This document shows positions 1-11,399 of a stretch of DNA of 64,000 nucleotides, in pieces. A program made the translations under genes and the position numbers. This DNA comes from Candidatus Bathyarchaeota archaeon (GTDB lineage: Archaea > Thermoproteota > Bathyarchaeia > Bathyarchaeales > Bathycorpusculaceae): the NCBI GenBank assembly GCA_963768425.1, contig CAVYHV010000009.1:214882-278881 (forward strand), given 5' to 3'. Position 1 is the stretch's first letter, and each line of letters opens with the position of its first letter. The notes beneath the pieces are model-generated. The model ran no database searches and had not been told where the DNA came from. It saw nothing but the letters and a program-made list of their open reading frames with translations.

Positions 1-298
1 CGTAATTTGTTAAGGCAGCCAATCCTGCAAACACTATGAACGCTATACCGACCCGAAGAGACAACTTCTTAATGACTTCCCAGTTTTGTATTTGTTCTCA
101 CCTTGTCTCCTGCTAACATCCGCATTCCTTTTAAATCGTTGCTTTATGAAACTCTGCTAAGCTGCAAGGCTCAGAACATGGGTTTTTCACATCACATACG
201 GGTAAACCAGCACGTTGGGCTTATCCCGAAAAAAAAGATTATTTTTAAAGTGAGGGTCCATCTTTTGAGTAACTCCGTGCTTACCAGGTTCGCGCTGA

Positions 299-648
299 TT
301 AAGGGTTCTCTTCTTTCTTGCTTTCTTTCAGTTTCTCAATCTCCATGTTTATGTGCCCAGAACAGCCTCAAGTTTCTCTTTTCTGCGTTGCAGCATTTCA
401 AGAACTTGCTCATTGCTTGGTTTAAGCATGGGTTCGCCACACGCTGGACACTGCATTCCGGGTCCAGAGCTCCAAGGCATCCCCCCGTGCATTTGTCCTC
501 CCATCATGGCGTGACCTCTCCAGGAACCCATTCCACCCCAAGGACCCATCCAACCCATCCTAGGTTTCCACTCCTTTGCAGCCGCCATCAAAGCTTCGTT
601 TACCTCCACTTCAACTGTTATTTTCGCTTTTCCACTTTTGTCTTCACT
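299..648 (-). CDS. Small Gly/Met-rich protein with CxxC and C-terminal coiled coil (DUF5320-like), frameshifted near the 3' end
   Basis: ORF 349..666, likely start MSEDK at 648 with GGAGGTGA SD. After a 1-nt shift near 352 it continues HINMEIEKLKESKKEENP*. Confidence 0.6.
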
Positions 649-1160
649 CATCAAAATCACCTCCACTTACGGGCGCTTTTTTGGCTATCACCTATTTTTT
701 CAATCAAACCAAGCTTATAATCAAATGTGATTGTAACTTGCCAGCAACATCATCAAAGGAAGATACCATTCTATCGCGCTGGTTTATCCCTAAATTGAAA
801 CACTTATAACTAGAAATGGAGTCTCGTATCTTGAGAACCAATCAACACAAGGAAGGTGAATCCCTGCGATACAGGATGAACACGAGACCCTTGAAACCTT
901 CTTCAAAAACGTTGACTTAAGCTTTGCTCACAAAATCCTAACCAGATGCTTCCACCTTTCTGGTCCCGGAAGGCCACCCAGAAGCCCACTTTGCCTCTTT
1001 CAAATGTTCTTAGTCATGCGTATGAAAGCAGTGCGTAACGGAGAGAAATAGTTTTGTATCCAAACTCAAGGTGCCTATGTAAACTCTTTCATTCATATCG
1101 TCACTATTTACCGATAGGCAAAACTGACATAGAAGCTATTCGGATGGCAATTCTGCTAAT

Positions 1161-1700
1161 TTAGGCCATAGGCACTTCTAATGTAACAGCTCCATCTATA
1201 ATTTCCCTTTTTACTTTTCGGCTGCAGCAAGCTTCCAAAAGAGTTGAGACAACATCACTGACATAAAAACTCCAATTTCCACCCAAATTATGGCGTAAAT
1301 GAAGAACCTCAATATTCTTAACTATATAATGCTCACATTTGAACCAATTTGCATACTCACTCAATATCGTCGTAATAAAAAAAATGGCGTCTTCGTTGTT
1401 AAACCTGAGTCCCATTGACCGAAAAAGGTCCAAAGCAATGTTTGAGCCAGCATTTTCGGCAATGTCATTCAATTTATCTTTTGGACACGCCTCTGCAAAG
1501 CGTGATACGGTCCTCTGCGTCAAGACTATTACATCGAGCCGTTTCAAGAATCTTTGGAATAAACAATAATCTCTAAGAATCCCATTAATGAGGGCGTTTG
1601 GAGTTGTGTGTTGCCGTTCAGCCTCCTGGTTCAAAGTGTTGAGCCATCGTTCATTAATTCTGAAAGAACGCCCCACTGTTCGATTCTTACGTTCAACCAT
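1161..1700 (-). CDS. Putative ribbon-helix-helix-type regulator (hypothetical archaeal protein)
   Basis: N-terminal RSFRINERWLNTLNQEAERQHTTPNALINGILRDY fits an RHH pattern; 179 aa clean ORF. Confidence 0.6.
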   Translation of the reverse strand: MVERKNRTVGRSFRINERWLNTLNQEAERQHTTPNALINGILRDYCLFQRFLKRLDVIVLTQRTVSRFAEACPKDKLNDIAENAGSNIALDLFRSMGLRFNNEDAIFFITTILSEYANWFKCEHYIVKNIEVLHLRHNLGGNWSFYVSDVVSTLLEACCSRKVKREIIDGAVTLEVPMA

Positions 1701-1822
1701 TTCTAAAAAGCACTCCTAAAAATCCTAGGATGTATCGCGCTATAATACTTTGCGATTTATTGCATTTCAATGTTTACATAGCTTCCTTATAGGTGAAAAT
1801 CGTGTTGAGGAGAGGGATTTAT

Positions 1823-2234
1823 TTGAAATTCAACGAAACAGAAAGAAGATACATAGTTCTCTTGGTAGATGGTGACCACGCTTAGCTAGGTGCAAGAAAA
1901 TGTTTAGAGGCTCAAGGTGGTCTGGATGTTGAAACTGTCTTCTCAAGTCGTGAAGCATTCAAAAAGATGGAAAAGATAAAACCTGACGTTATAGTCTGCA
2001 GTTTTCGATTGCAAGGGGAAAATCCTTGCGATTTCCTAAAGGAGCTCCGCGACAAGGGTATTGCAATCCCCTTTTATTGGTTTGACGGATGACGAAAATC
2101 ACTTAGGACTTAAAGCTTATCATTTGGGTGCGAGCGGTTTAGTTAATAAATTTGTGGATCCCTCGATTCTTTATCCACAGCTGAAGAAACTCGTGCTGTC
2201 TCTCGTAGAGCCTTTTGATGGCGAGGAATCCTAA
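1823..2234 (+). pseudogene. Degenerate response-regulator receiver (REC) domain
   Basis: Manual translation: IVLLVDGD-HA*-LGARKCLE...KPDVIVCSF...FIGLT...GASGLVNK. In-frame TAG at 1883-1885, a frameshift near 2075, and the phosphoacceptor Asp is replaced. Confidence 0.65.
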
Positions 2235-2344
2235 ATGACCAAACAATTCACCTGTTGGTGCGACCTTACAGTCACACACGCTTAACCCACCAGTGATCAG
2301 TTATAAAGTAGTTCTTGTTGTCGTGAAAGGAGGGATAGATAAGA

Positions 2345-2634
2345 ATGAAAAGTAAAGATTTTATGGATAAAGATGTGTTTGCATTAAATAAAAAATCGGC
2401 AAGATCAAAGAAATAGAGTTAGATCCATAAGAATGGAAAGTTACTCATCTTGAAGTCGAATTGGATAAAAACGTTTCCGAATCAGTGCTTGGCGCAAAGA
2501 AAGGCGGAGTACGAAACATGCTAAACGTTTCAGCTTTAGAGAAAGGAACCGGCATGTGGACAGACGATGGGTTGCACTTAAAAGTTGCAAAAGACCAATT
2601 GCACATGTACTTAAAACCAGTAGTTAAAACTTAA
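2345..2634 (+). pseudogene. PRC-barrel domain protein, disrupted
   Basis: MKSKDFMDKDVFAL...KIGKIKEIELDP*EWKVTHLEVEL; frameshift in an A-run plus an in-frame TAA. Confidence 0.55.
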
Positions 2635-3135
2635 GCCTGCGCAATTTTTTAGCGTATTTTGGTAGGTGTAACAAATTATGTCAGAACATCATGTAGATGT
2701 CAAGGAACAGATAGAGAAAATGGGCGAGAAATGGAGCGAATTCCAGAAATCGTTGGGTTTATCACTTCGAAGACTTGGATGTTGAAGTATTAGACTGGAA
2801 CTTCGTGTTGGAAAAACCGACAACGACACATCTTGATATAAAAGCCAAAGTGGCTAAGACAAAAGAGGTAATAATCCTTAACACCTTGGGCTCAATGAAA
2901 CACCATTTTTTTTTCTAAGAACACTAATATCCTAATGCATTATTTTCAAATAAGCGGCTTAGTCTTTCTTGTCCTTTTAAACATTTTTTGTGGAAGATAG
3001 TCAAAGCAAGATAGATTCTGAGAAATACTCAAACTTATCACAAATTTAGCAGAGCTAAACAAAGATGATTTCTTTTCTTTGCAAAAAAAGTTTGAAAGCA
3101 GAATATAGCGCTTGCTTAGGTGTCTTTGGTTGATG

Positions 3136-3294
3136 TTATATTCTGCGTCCTGTAACTAGTCGGTAAACTATTATGATGAGGGCGATGACAAGCAGTAGCC
3201 ATATAATGTCGCCAAGGTTGAAGATGAAAAAGCCAAGCAACCATAGCAAGATTAGAATCGCAGCAACTACGATAAGAAAGTCAAGTGTTCGCAT
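3136..3294 (-). CDS. Small membrane protein, lmo0937/DUF5670-like
   Basis: Manual translation MRTLDFLIVVAAILILLWLLGFFIFNLGDIIWLLLVIALIIIVYRLVTGRRI (52 aa); the LWLLG...IWLLLVIA...GRR pattern is typical of the family. Confidence 0.75.
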   Translation of the reverse strand: MRTLDFLIVVAAILILLWLLGFFIFNLGDIIWLLLVIALIIIVYRLVTGRRI

Positions 3295-3504
3295 TTTCAA
3301 AAACTCCACTTACCCTTGACTCGCCAGTCTATTTTAAGCTGTGTGACTGCAAATGGACAGTAACAGCTTTATTATCTTGTCCATTTAGTCTCTTGATGTA
3401 TATGTATTGGGTTTTTGAATTTCTTTTAGGTTCAGTTTTCTTTAAAACGGCAGTACCAATTTATTTATTAGCCGCTGTGAGAGTAGATTTTTTGAGGATT
3501 TTTA

Positions 3505-3676
3505 ATGAGTGACGAAGAAGCAAAAGGTAAGATTGAGAAAACAAAAGGCAAGATTCGTGAAGACTTAGGCAAAAATTACAGGCGACAAAAACAAGCAGGT
3601 TAAGGGCAAAGTAGAACAAGTCAAAGGCAAAGTCCAAGAAGAAGTAGGAAAAGCAAAAAGAAAAGCCAAAGAGTAA
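3505..3676 (+). CDS. CsbD-family general stress protein (homopolymer frameshift)
   Basis: MSDEEAKGKIEKTKGKIREDLGK/ITGDKNKQVKGKVEQVKGKVQEEVGKAK; 1-nt shift in the AAAAA run near 3571-3575. Confidence 0.8.
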
Positions 3677-4565
3677 ACATTAACAACTCAACGTTTTAGA
3701 CAGAATAAGCAAAGATGCGATTAGCCAAAGAGCTACTGGAAACGTTTTCGACTACTTTTGTTGTTAAATTAACAAGCACTCTGTCTATTTTATTCAAGGC
3801 TCTGAATCACACGCCAAAGGATGGCCTTTGCCTTCAGTTTGTCAATAGCGTTCTATTAAGTACGTTGGAAGGGCCATCTTGCATTGTCTTGTGCATAATT
3901 GTTCATCCGATGAAAGCTGTATGTTCATGGTAGAGGCTAAAAGCTTTATGATAAGTTAGGATTTACGCGTGCGCTCAACTTAGCTGCTATACACTGATCT
4001 GTGGAAAAATAGGAAGCGCAAAATTGTCGTATAAGTGCTTTCCTTATGCACGTCTAACACGCAAACTAAGGCGCTCATAACATGGCGTGCCGCCTCTTGG
4101 TTAAAACACTTCGCATACCATCGCGCTAAACACCTGTGTCTTCCTGTAAAATAACAATTACTAGTTCCCTCATCTATCTTCTGAAATTAATTTTAGCATG
4201 TTTTACTAAAACTCTTTATTCTTAAACATCTAGTTCTACGCCGCACCTCTTTTTTTCTTAATTTTTTTCTTAGCTTGCCTCGCATCCACTGCGGCAAGCA
4301 TACGGAAAAAATCCTATCATGCAAAGTGTGCGCTCCTCCCTCCTTGTGCGCGTCTCCCTCCTCCATGTGTGTGATTATGATTGTGACTGGTTGTGGTTGG
4401 TTGTAGTTAGTTTAGAGAGAGAGAGGATTAAATTTTAGGGCCCAACCAATTAACTCAAAAATAAATGTCAACTCAATTTAGGGACAAAGCGGCGCGCGTG
4501 TCACCAACTTGCTTTAATTAAATCAGGGACATGCCACCAGCGATCTAAGAAAAACACTGAAAAAC

Positions 4566-4793
4566 TCATGCATCCTGCCTGCAGATGGAATGAAAGCGGG
4601 CTATTTCTAAGTGTAGTGTTTCATTTTGCTTGCTTTGATTAGAATCTGCTTTGTCAAGTACGTTGTTGATCCCTCTGAGTGGTTGCCTGTTTTTTTTGGG
4701 TTCAACTATGTGATTGTTTACGGCACGGTTCATGGCTTTCAAATCAGGAACCACCAAAATCTTAACACCGCACATGCATCTGACAATGGGCAT
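4566..4793 (-). CDS. Small hypothetical protein with CxC..H motif, probably frameshifted
   Basis: MPIVRCMCGVKILVVPDLKAMNRAVNNH; the C-terminal part looks out of frame. Confidence 0.45.
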   Translation of the reverse strand: MPIVRCMCGVKILVVPDLKAMNRAVNNHIVEPKKNRQPLRGINNVLDKADSNQSKQNETLHLEIARFHSICRQDA

Positions 4794-5090
4794 TTGTCTT
4801 TTTTGTAGGTCGACTTTCCTTGGATGAACTTGGCGAACACATGTTCATTTTCTGACTAATTTTTCTTGCCATGGTAACTCATACATGACTCAATTAAAGC
4901 CAACTCAAATAGTATGTCTTGCATCAAATATAAGAAGAAGTGATAGGCAGAGATAACAATCACAAATCAAAGATGCGCAAAAGCTCGCCTGAAAAGCTCA
5001 AAAAAATAGCACAAGTCAAGTTTGAAAAGCCGTTAAGCATTTCCTTTTAAGAAAAAAAAGAAAACGAAGGGTTGTTGTTATTTTGTTTTT

Positions 5091-5753
5091 TTAAGTTAGC
5101 TTTGTGCCGCATTCGCCGCAGAAACTGGTGCCCGCTTGGTTTTTAGCTCCGCATTTGGGACATACTTTCAATCCTAAGGGTGCTCCGCAGTTATTGCAGA
5201 ATTTGCCTGAACCGGCTGGTTTTCCACATACGGGACAAATTGTTTGTCTCTGCGTTACTTCTCCTGTGTAGACTTGGGTGGTTTCAGCTTTTTGTTTGAT
5301 GTCAGCGACCATTTTTCCAGCTCTGGCAGCAGCTACTTCGGTGCTTTCCCGTGGGGCGTCTTCAGTACATAGTCCTTCTTGTTCGTTCCAGTCGTTTTCG
5401 CAAACGTACTTGTGGCATCTTGGGCACCTGTTGAAGTGTCCTTTGGCTTCATTTTGTGCAAGGTCAAATGCCTGTTCATGTTCTTTGTGCCATTCCGGCG
5501 TCATGCCTTGAAATTGGCCGCTCATCACGTCGGCGCCTTGTCCAATGCTGTATCCACTACTATGGCCGGTTAATTGTCCACCGATTTGGGCTGCTCTGCC
5601 GAGTCCTTTCCATAAACCTGCTTTTTTGTAGGTCTTTGATTGGATAAAAGTTGTTTTGTAGCCGTCGCTGCAGATGTCGCATAGAAAAGTAAATTGAAAC
5701 CCAGCGTCCGTACTGTTGTCTTGATAATTTCGGGTAAAAGGTTGAAGTGGCAT
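5091..5753 (-). CDS. Zinc-ribbon / double zinc ribbon domain protein
   Basis: Multiple CxxC pairs (CDIC, CPRC, CPVC, CNNC, CPKC, CGEC). Confidence 0.8.
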   Translation of the reverse strand: MPLQPFTRNYQDNSTDAGFQFTFLCDICSDGYKTTFIQSKTYKKAGLWKGLGRAAQIGGQLTGHSSGYSIGQGADVMSGQFQGMTPEWHKEHEQAFDLAQNEAKGHFNRCPRCHKYVCENDWNEQEGLCTEDAPRESTEVAAARAGKMVADIKQKAETTQVYTGEVTQRQTICPVCGKPAGSGKFCNNCGAPLGLKVCPKCGAKNQAGTSFCGECGTKLT

Positions 5754-5759
5754 TTATTT

Positions 5760-6095
5760 TCATCTCCCTGTTATGTTTAGTGGTTTACCGCATTTTATGC
5801 ATTTCTCTCCAAGCGGCGGCTGCTCGGTTCTGCATTTTGGGCAAATCACTGTGAGTCTTTTGTCGCAGTTTTGGCAGTAGTCACCGAAGAACGTGGGTTT
5901 TCCGCAGTATGGGCAGTTTATTTGAAGTACTAAGCCACAGCTGCTGCATCTGACTTGTCCAGTTTCAATCGGGTTTCGACATTTTGGGCATCTTTGAGGC
6001 CCCACTGGGTTAACTTTTCCACAGAAGGGACAGACGTTATCATCTGCCGAGACCAGTTTTCCGCAGAATTTACAAGGGTGTTTGTAACCTGGCAT
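5760..6095 (-). CDS. Poly-zinc-ribbon protein (8 CxxC)
   Basis: CKFC, CPFC, CPKC, CSSC, CPYC, CQNC, CPKC, CIKC in 111 aa. Confidence 0.8.
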   Translation of the reverse strand: MPGYKHPCKFCGKLVSADDNVCPFCGKVNPVGPQRCPKCRNPIETGQVRCSSCGLVLQINCPYCGKPTFFGDYCQNCDKRLTVICPKCRTEQPPLGEKCIKCGKPLNITGR

Positions 6096-7502
6096 TTATT
6101 GGTCTTCTCCTTTAATCCATTTTTCACTGTCATCAATACTTTTAGTATTGAAGGCTAATAAGTTAGTCACATCCGCCCTCCATTGCTCTTGCGAAGAATG
6201 AATTACTCTGCCGACAAATCGGTCTCTCAGGGTTTTGAGGGATGGAATTTTTGCTATGGCGAATCTATATTGAGTGTACTGGGTGCTTTCAAGCTGGTTT
6301 TCCGTGAGGTAGATGGGTTCTCTTCTGAAGTTAATTTCAATCATGGACCGGTTGATGTCTTTGATGAAACCCTCCAGATCTTCAGCTAAATCCTCGTCTT
6401 TTGCCAATGAATATTCCTTTCTTCCGGTTACTCTGAAGAAATAGGTTGCCCCCGTTGTCGCAGGTTTTTGTTCATCGGCGGGCTTTTGGTTTGTGCCTCC
6501 CCCTCCGTCTGTGTCTGTGTCAGTTGAAGCGTCGCCTTTGTTTCCTTCTGCATTTTCTTCAGTGTTGAATGCTTCTAGGGCGATTGTGTTGCTCAGTCTA
6601 TTTGTATCGGGGTTCATGAGGGGAAATAGCATCCATATGTAAGTGCCTGTGAGGCCGCCCATGAGTCCGCGTTTTATTCCCACGCAGACTTGATCTTTTG
6701 CGGCGAGTGAATTCAAAAATTCGTATTCTGCAGTTATGCCTGCTTCGTCTATCTTCTTGGTAAGGCGACGCCAGAAGTCCAATGATTGTTGTTCGATTTC
6801 TTTTCTTTTTGCTGCTCGTCCATCTTTCATTAAGGAAGCTAATTTGTTTATCACGATTGGGGTTGCTTCGGGGATTAGTTCTTTTATGTTTTGTTGCGTT
6901 CTAAGAATCATTTTATTTATTGAATCAGAGAGGGCTTTTGCGAAGGGATCAAAGTTTTGTCCTAGGCTGGTGAACTCGATTTTTTCCAGGGATTCGTTTG
7001 TTACTGTCAGTTTGTAGTCTTGTTTGTTTACGTTGATTATGTAGCAGTATGGAAGGCGGATGGGTTCGCTTTTTTGCGGTAAGATTACTAGGGCGATGTC
7101 GTAAAGTCGGGCTTCGCAGTTTCCTGATTGGGTTGTTTGACCCTTTAAATCAAGTTGTGTGAACTGTGCTTCGAAGCCAGCTTGAAGAAGCGACTCTTCC
7201 ATGAGCAGGTATTTTAACATAAGCTCGTTGCGGAGCTTGTATAGTTGGAACAGAAAATCTTCGTATTGGTAGCCTAAACCCCAAAGGTTCAGTTTTTCCT
7301 TAGAAGTCAAGAAAAGATCAATTTTATAATCGTAATCGGAAATTCCAACGATATCAGTATACATGAGTAGCATTGGTTCGCCGAACATCACCGTTAGGGT
7401 GAGGTATCGTTCATCGAAAGTGGCTCTTGCTTCCCCTTCACTCTTTATGTTAGATTGGTCATCGAAGAGTTTGTAATTAACGGCAACTTCCATCTGTGTC
7501 AC
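6096..7502 (-). CDS. Hypothetical protein with duplicated N-terminal beta-rich (PH-like) module
   Basis: 468 aa ORF; its stop abuts the next ATG; internal repeat EPMLLMYTDI..DYKIDL / EPIRLPYCYI..DYKLTV. Confidence 0.7.
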   Translation of the reverse strand: MTQMEVAVNYKLFDDQSNIKSEGEARATFDERYLTLTVMFGEPMLLMYTDIVGISDYDYKIDLFLTSKEKLNLWGLGYQYEDFLFQLYKLRNELMLKYLLMEESLLQAGFEAQFTQLDLKGQTTQSGNCEARLYDIALVILPQKSEPIRLPYCYIINVNKQDYKLTVTNESLEKIEFTSLGQNFDPFAKALSDSINKMILRTQQNIKELIPEATPIVINKLASLMKDGRAAKRKEIEQQSLDFWRRLTKKIDEAGITAEYEFLNSLAAKDQVCVGIKRGLMGGLTGTYIWMLFPLMNPDTNRLSNTIALEAFNTEENAEGNKGDASTDTDTDGGGGTNQKPADEQKPATTGATYFFRVTGRKEYSLAKDEDLAEDLEGFIKDINRSMIEINFRREPIYLTENQLESTQYTQYRFAIAKIPSLKTLRDRFVGRVIHSSQEQWRADVTNLLAFNTKSIDDSEKWIKGEDQ

Positions 7503-7702
7503 CTATGCAACTAATTATGCGTAAGCGAAATATCTATTTTTGCAGGATAGTTGATACTAAACGCGGTCGGGTAGACCCACGAAGATCGGACATTGGCAAT
7601 ATTGTCCTAGCACACGTTTTGCACAACAATTCAGATACAGGGTTCCTCGCGAGATAATCTTAATAGCCTGAACAAGATAAAATCCATCAGCAGCGTGCCT
7701 CT

Positions 7703-10700
7703 TTGCTCAAACTATATGGAAACAAGGCAAGCACCTTCGCCGTTTTAATAATACTCACCTTTGCGATAAGTTTCCCTGGAATAGCATCGTCAGCAAAGGC
7801 AACAACACAAAGTATCGGCTGGACCGCACATCCCCTCTTTCTAGCCAATCCTGTTTCAACCCCAGGAGCAGATCCCCTCAGCCCAACCCAAATTATCACG
7901 GCTTACAACCTTGCGTCAACAACAAAAGGTGCAGGAAGGACAATAGCAATCGTTGACGCCTATGACGACCCAACAATAGCCAAAGACTTATCGAACTTTG
8001 ACGTCTACTTCAATTTGCCCGCTGCAAACTTCACAGAACACCCAATGTCAGCCCACATAAGCTCAAACAGCGATTGGGCAATCGAAATCTCCCTCGACGT
8101 AGAATGGGCACACGCCATAGCCCCAGACGCAACAATATTACTCGTAGAAGCCAAATCCGACAGTCTAAGCGACCTTATGAACGCCTTAAACTACGCTAAA
8201 AGCCAACCAGGAGTAGTCGCGGTCTCGATGAGCTGGGGCTCCAACGAATTTATCAGTCAAACCCAACCCGCCTATGACGGAGCATTCAACAGCACGACCG
8301 GAATAGTTTTCTTCGCATCCAGCGGCGATAACGGTTCGGGCGTCCTTTGGCCGTTCAAGCTCATCGAACGTGGTTAGCGTTGGCGGAACAACTCTCAACA
8401 TAAACTCAACAACTGGAGCAGTCATTTCAGAAACCGCTTGGAGCAAAAGCGGAGGCGGAGTAAGCACTTATGAATCAACCCCAACATACCAATCAACCTA
8501 CGGGTTGAACTACGGAAAACGTGCTACTCCTGACGTTTCCTATGACGCTGACCCAAACACTGGCTTCTTCGTTTACGACTCCACACCCTACGAAAACGAA
8601 ACCGGCTGGTGGGATGTCGGCGGAACCAGCGCAGGAGCTCCACAGTGGGCAGCTATCCAAGCTCTCGGACTCAGCGCAAACAACGCCAACTTCTACCAAG
8701 ACGCAAACTCAACAAGCTACTCCTCTTACTTCCAGGACATAACAGTTGGATCCAATGGGTACCCAGCGGGTCCAGGATATGACCTAGCCACAGGTCTAGG
8801 AAGCCCAATCACTACCAACTTCGCACCTCAAACCACACCCGACTTCTCAATCTCAGCATCACCTAACCCAATCACCATTAATGCAGGATCCTCTGGAACC
8901 TCAACAATAACCATAAACTCCCTCAACGGATTCACAAGCCAAGTCACACTCACTTCAACAGCATCCGGCGGACTAACCACAAGCCTCAACCCCACATCAA
9001 TAACCCCCAACGGCACATCCACATTAACCGTAACGGTCCCGACTACCACTGCAGTTGGAACGTACTCAGCTACTGTATCAGGCGTCAGCGGATCAATCAG
9101 GCACAGCACGACAATAACGGTACAAGCGCAACCGCCAAATTCCAAAGTCACGCTCTCGCCTTCCTCTGCAATTATGGATGATAGTCAGGAGCAGACCTTC
9201 ACGGCCTCTGCTTCGGGCGGCACACCTCCTTACACGTACAATTGGTACTTGAACGCCAGTGAGGTCGGCACTAACAGTACAAGTTACACGTTTGATGCCT
9301 CGAACGTGGGTTCATTCTCGCTATACGTTAACGTAACTGATTCAGCTACAAATCCAGTGACTGCTGAATCTAACACTGCATCGATTAAGGTGAACTCGGC
9401 CTTGGTTCCTCCATCTGTTTCTGCTTCTCCTGGCATGGTGGATCAAGGTCAGACTTCCACGCTTTCCGTGATTGATCTTTCCGGCGGCACTAGTCCCTAC
9501 ATGTATCAGTGGCTTCAAAAAGCCCCTGGCTCTGGATCTTACTCTAACATTGGTGATGCGACTTCATCTAGCTATTCTTTCGTTACATCTGACTCTACAA
9601 CTACTGGATCTTGGAGTTTTGAGCTTCAAATCACTGACGGCGCTAAAACCCCGGTTGCGGTTACTTCTACGGATGCTTCTATCACAGTGAATGTTGTGCC
9701 AACTGCTTCGGTCTCTTCTGGATCTCCCATCTCAGATGTTGGCGAATCTAAACTGTTTACTGCTATTCCTGGAGGCGGATCAGGCACTTACTCGTCTTAC
9801 CAATGGTACGTGAATGGATCCGCTCAGACTGGCCAGACTGGATCAACATTTAATTATTATTTTACATCGGTCGGTTCTTACTTGATTGCAGTAACTGTTA
9901 CAGACAGTTCAGGTTCAACTTCAGCCCAGTCTACCGATACGTCAGTTACGGTAAATTCTGCTTTAATTGCTCCCGCTGTGACAGCCACTCCAGACACAGT
10001 GGATCAAGGTCAAACTTCCATGTTGAACTCTACTGCAATTTCCACAGGCACTTCTCCTTACACGTATCAATGGTTTGAGAAATCCCCTACTGGAAGTTAT
10101 GTTGCGGTTGGTTCAAACTCTGGAAGTTTCAGTTTTACAACTTCAGACCCGAACGCAACTGGCAGTTGGAGCTTCTTGCTTCAGGTCACAGATAATACGG
10201 GTTCGGCAGTGAACTCAACGGGCGTCTCTGTCATGGTGAACGCTGCTCCGACTGTGAGTATTGCGCCATTTGACGCGGTTGCTTTAGATGTGGGACAATC
10301 TCAGACTTTTACCGCCAATCCTTCGGGCGGCACAGGAGCACTGACCTATCAATGGTATCTGAACGGTTCACTGGTTGGAAGTAACTCCCCCACTTACTCT
10401 TTCAGCGCTTCACCTGGTGCATACACGGTTGCTTGCACGATAACGGATAACGCTTCTTTGCCGGCTTCTGCCGCTTCTAACGAAGTTTCGGTCACGGTGA
10501 ACCAACTTACGATTACTGTCACTCAGAGTGCCAATGGTCAGATTGATCCTGGAACAATAGATGTCAATTATGGTGATAGTCAGACTTTCACTTTAACGCC
10601 GAATACTGGTTACTACATTGCGAGCATAACTGTTGACGGTTCTGCAGTGGCGGTTTCTTCCTCTTCAGGTCAAATGGTCAGCTTCACCAATATTCAGACG

Positions 10701-11288
10701 CTAAATACGATCTCAGCTAATTTTGCACCAAATCCAACTCCCGCCTCAACCGCATCGCCAGCACACTCACAAACTGCCACGGCAAACCCTGCACCAACAC
10801 CAGCGCCTTCCCCAACAACAACTGTGCCCGCGACCACAAGCAACGGTGTAACTGTTGACCTTGAAATCAGCGGAAACATAACCAGCTCACAAATATCCAA
10901 CGTCAAAATCGCCACAAACCAGTCTGCCCTTACGACCACGGTGTCTTTCATTCTGACTGGGGAAAGCGGCTCTACAGGCTTTGGCAATGTAACCATCCCC
11001 AAGAGCGCAGTAATCTACGGAACCATACCGACAATTTATATTGACGACCAGCAAGCTTCAAACCAAGGGTACACCCAAAACAGCAACAGCTACTACATAT
11101 GGTACACAACCAACTTCAACACAGACGAAGTAAAAATCATGTTCACCACAGCCTCTCCTTCTTCTGGTCCTGCGACGCACTCAAATTTACTTCTAGAAGC
11201 AATCTTTGGAGTAGTTGCTGTCATTGTTATCGCGGTAATGGTTGCAACTGTGATTATGCTAAGGAAAAGCAAGAAAGGCGAAACTTGA
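7703..11288 (+). CDS. Membrane-anchored S53 (sedolisin/kumamolisin-like) peptidase with Ig/PKD-like repeats; frameshift near 8354
   Basis: Signal peptide; EISLDVE (Glu-Asp dyad), SSGDNG (oxyanion Asp), GGTSAGAP (Ser), GYDLATGLGSP; repeated GGTxPYTYQW Ig-like units; C-terminal TM helix plus basic tail. Confidence 0.85.
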
Positions 11289-11399
11289 AACAAACACAAG
11301 CGAAGAACCCCAACCATTGCGCTGTCTCGTCCTTAAATTCGTTAATGTGAAAAAAAAGGGGAAACTGTCAGGTTTTGTATTATGGCAGTTTCATCTGTT

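Noticed and set aside
103-720. 205-aa plus-strand ORF
   Set aside because: Antisense shadow of the minus-strand gene, which has an SD and a plausible composition.
1883-1885. In-frame TAG in the REC gene as pyrrolysine or amber recoding
   Set aside because: TAG terminates many intact genes here (M20 hydrolase, purA, DUF424), the gene has other lesions, and no pyl genes are visible.
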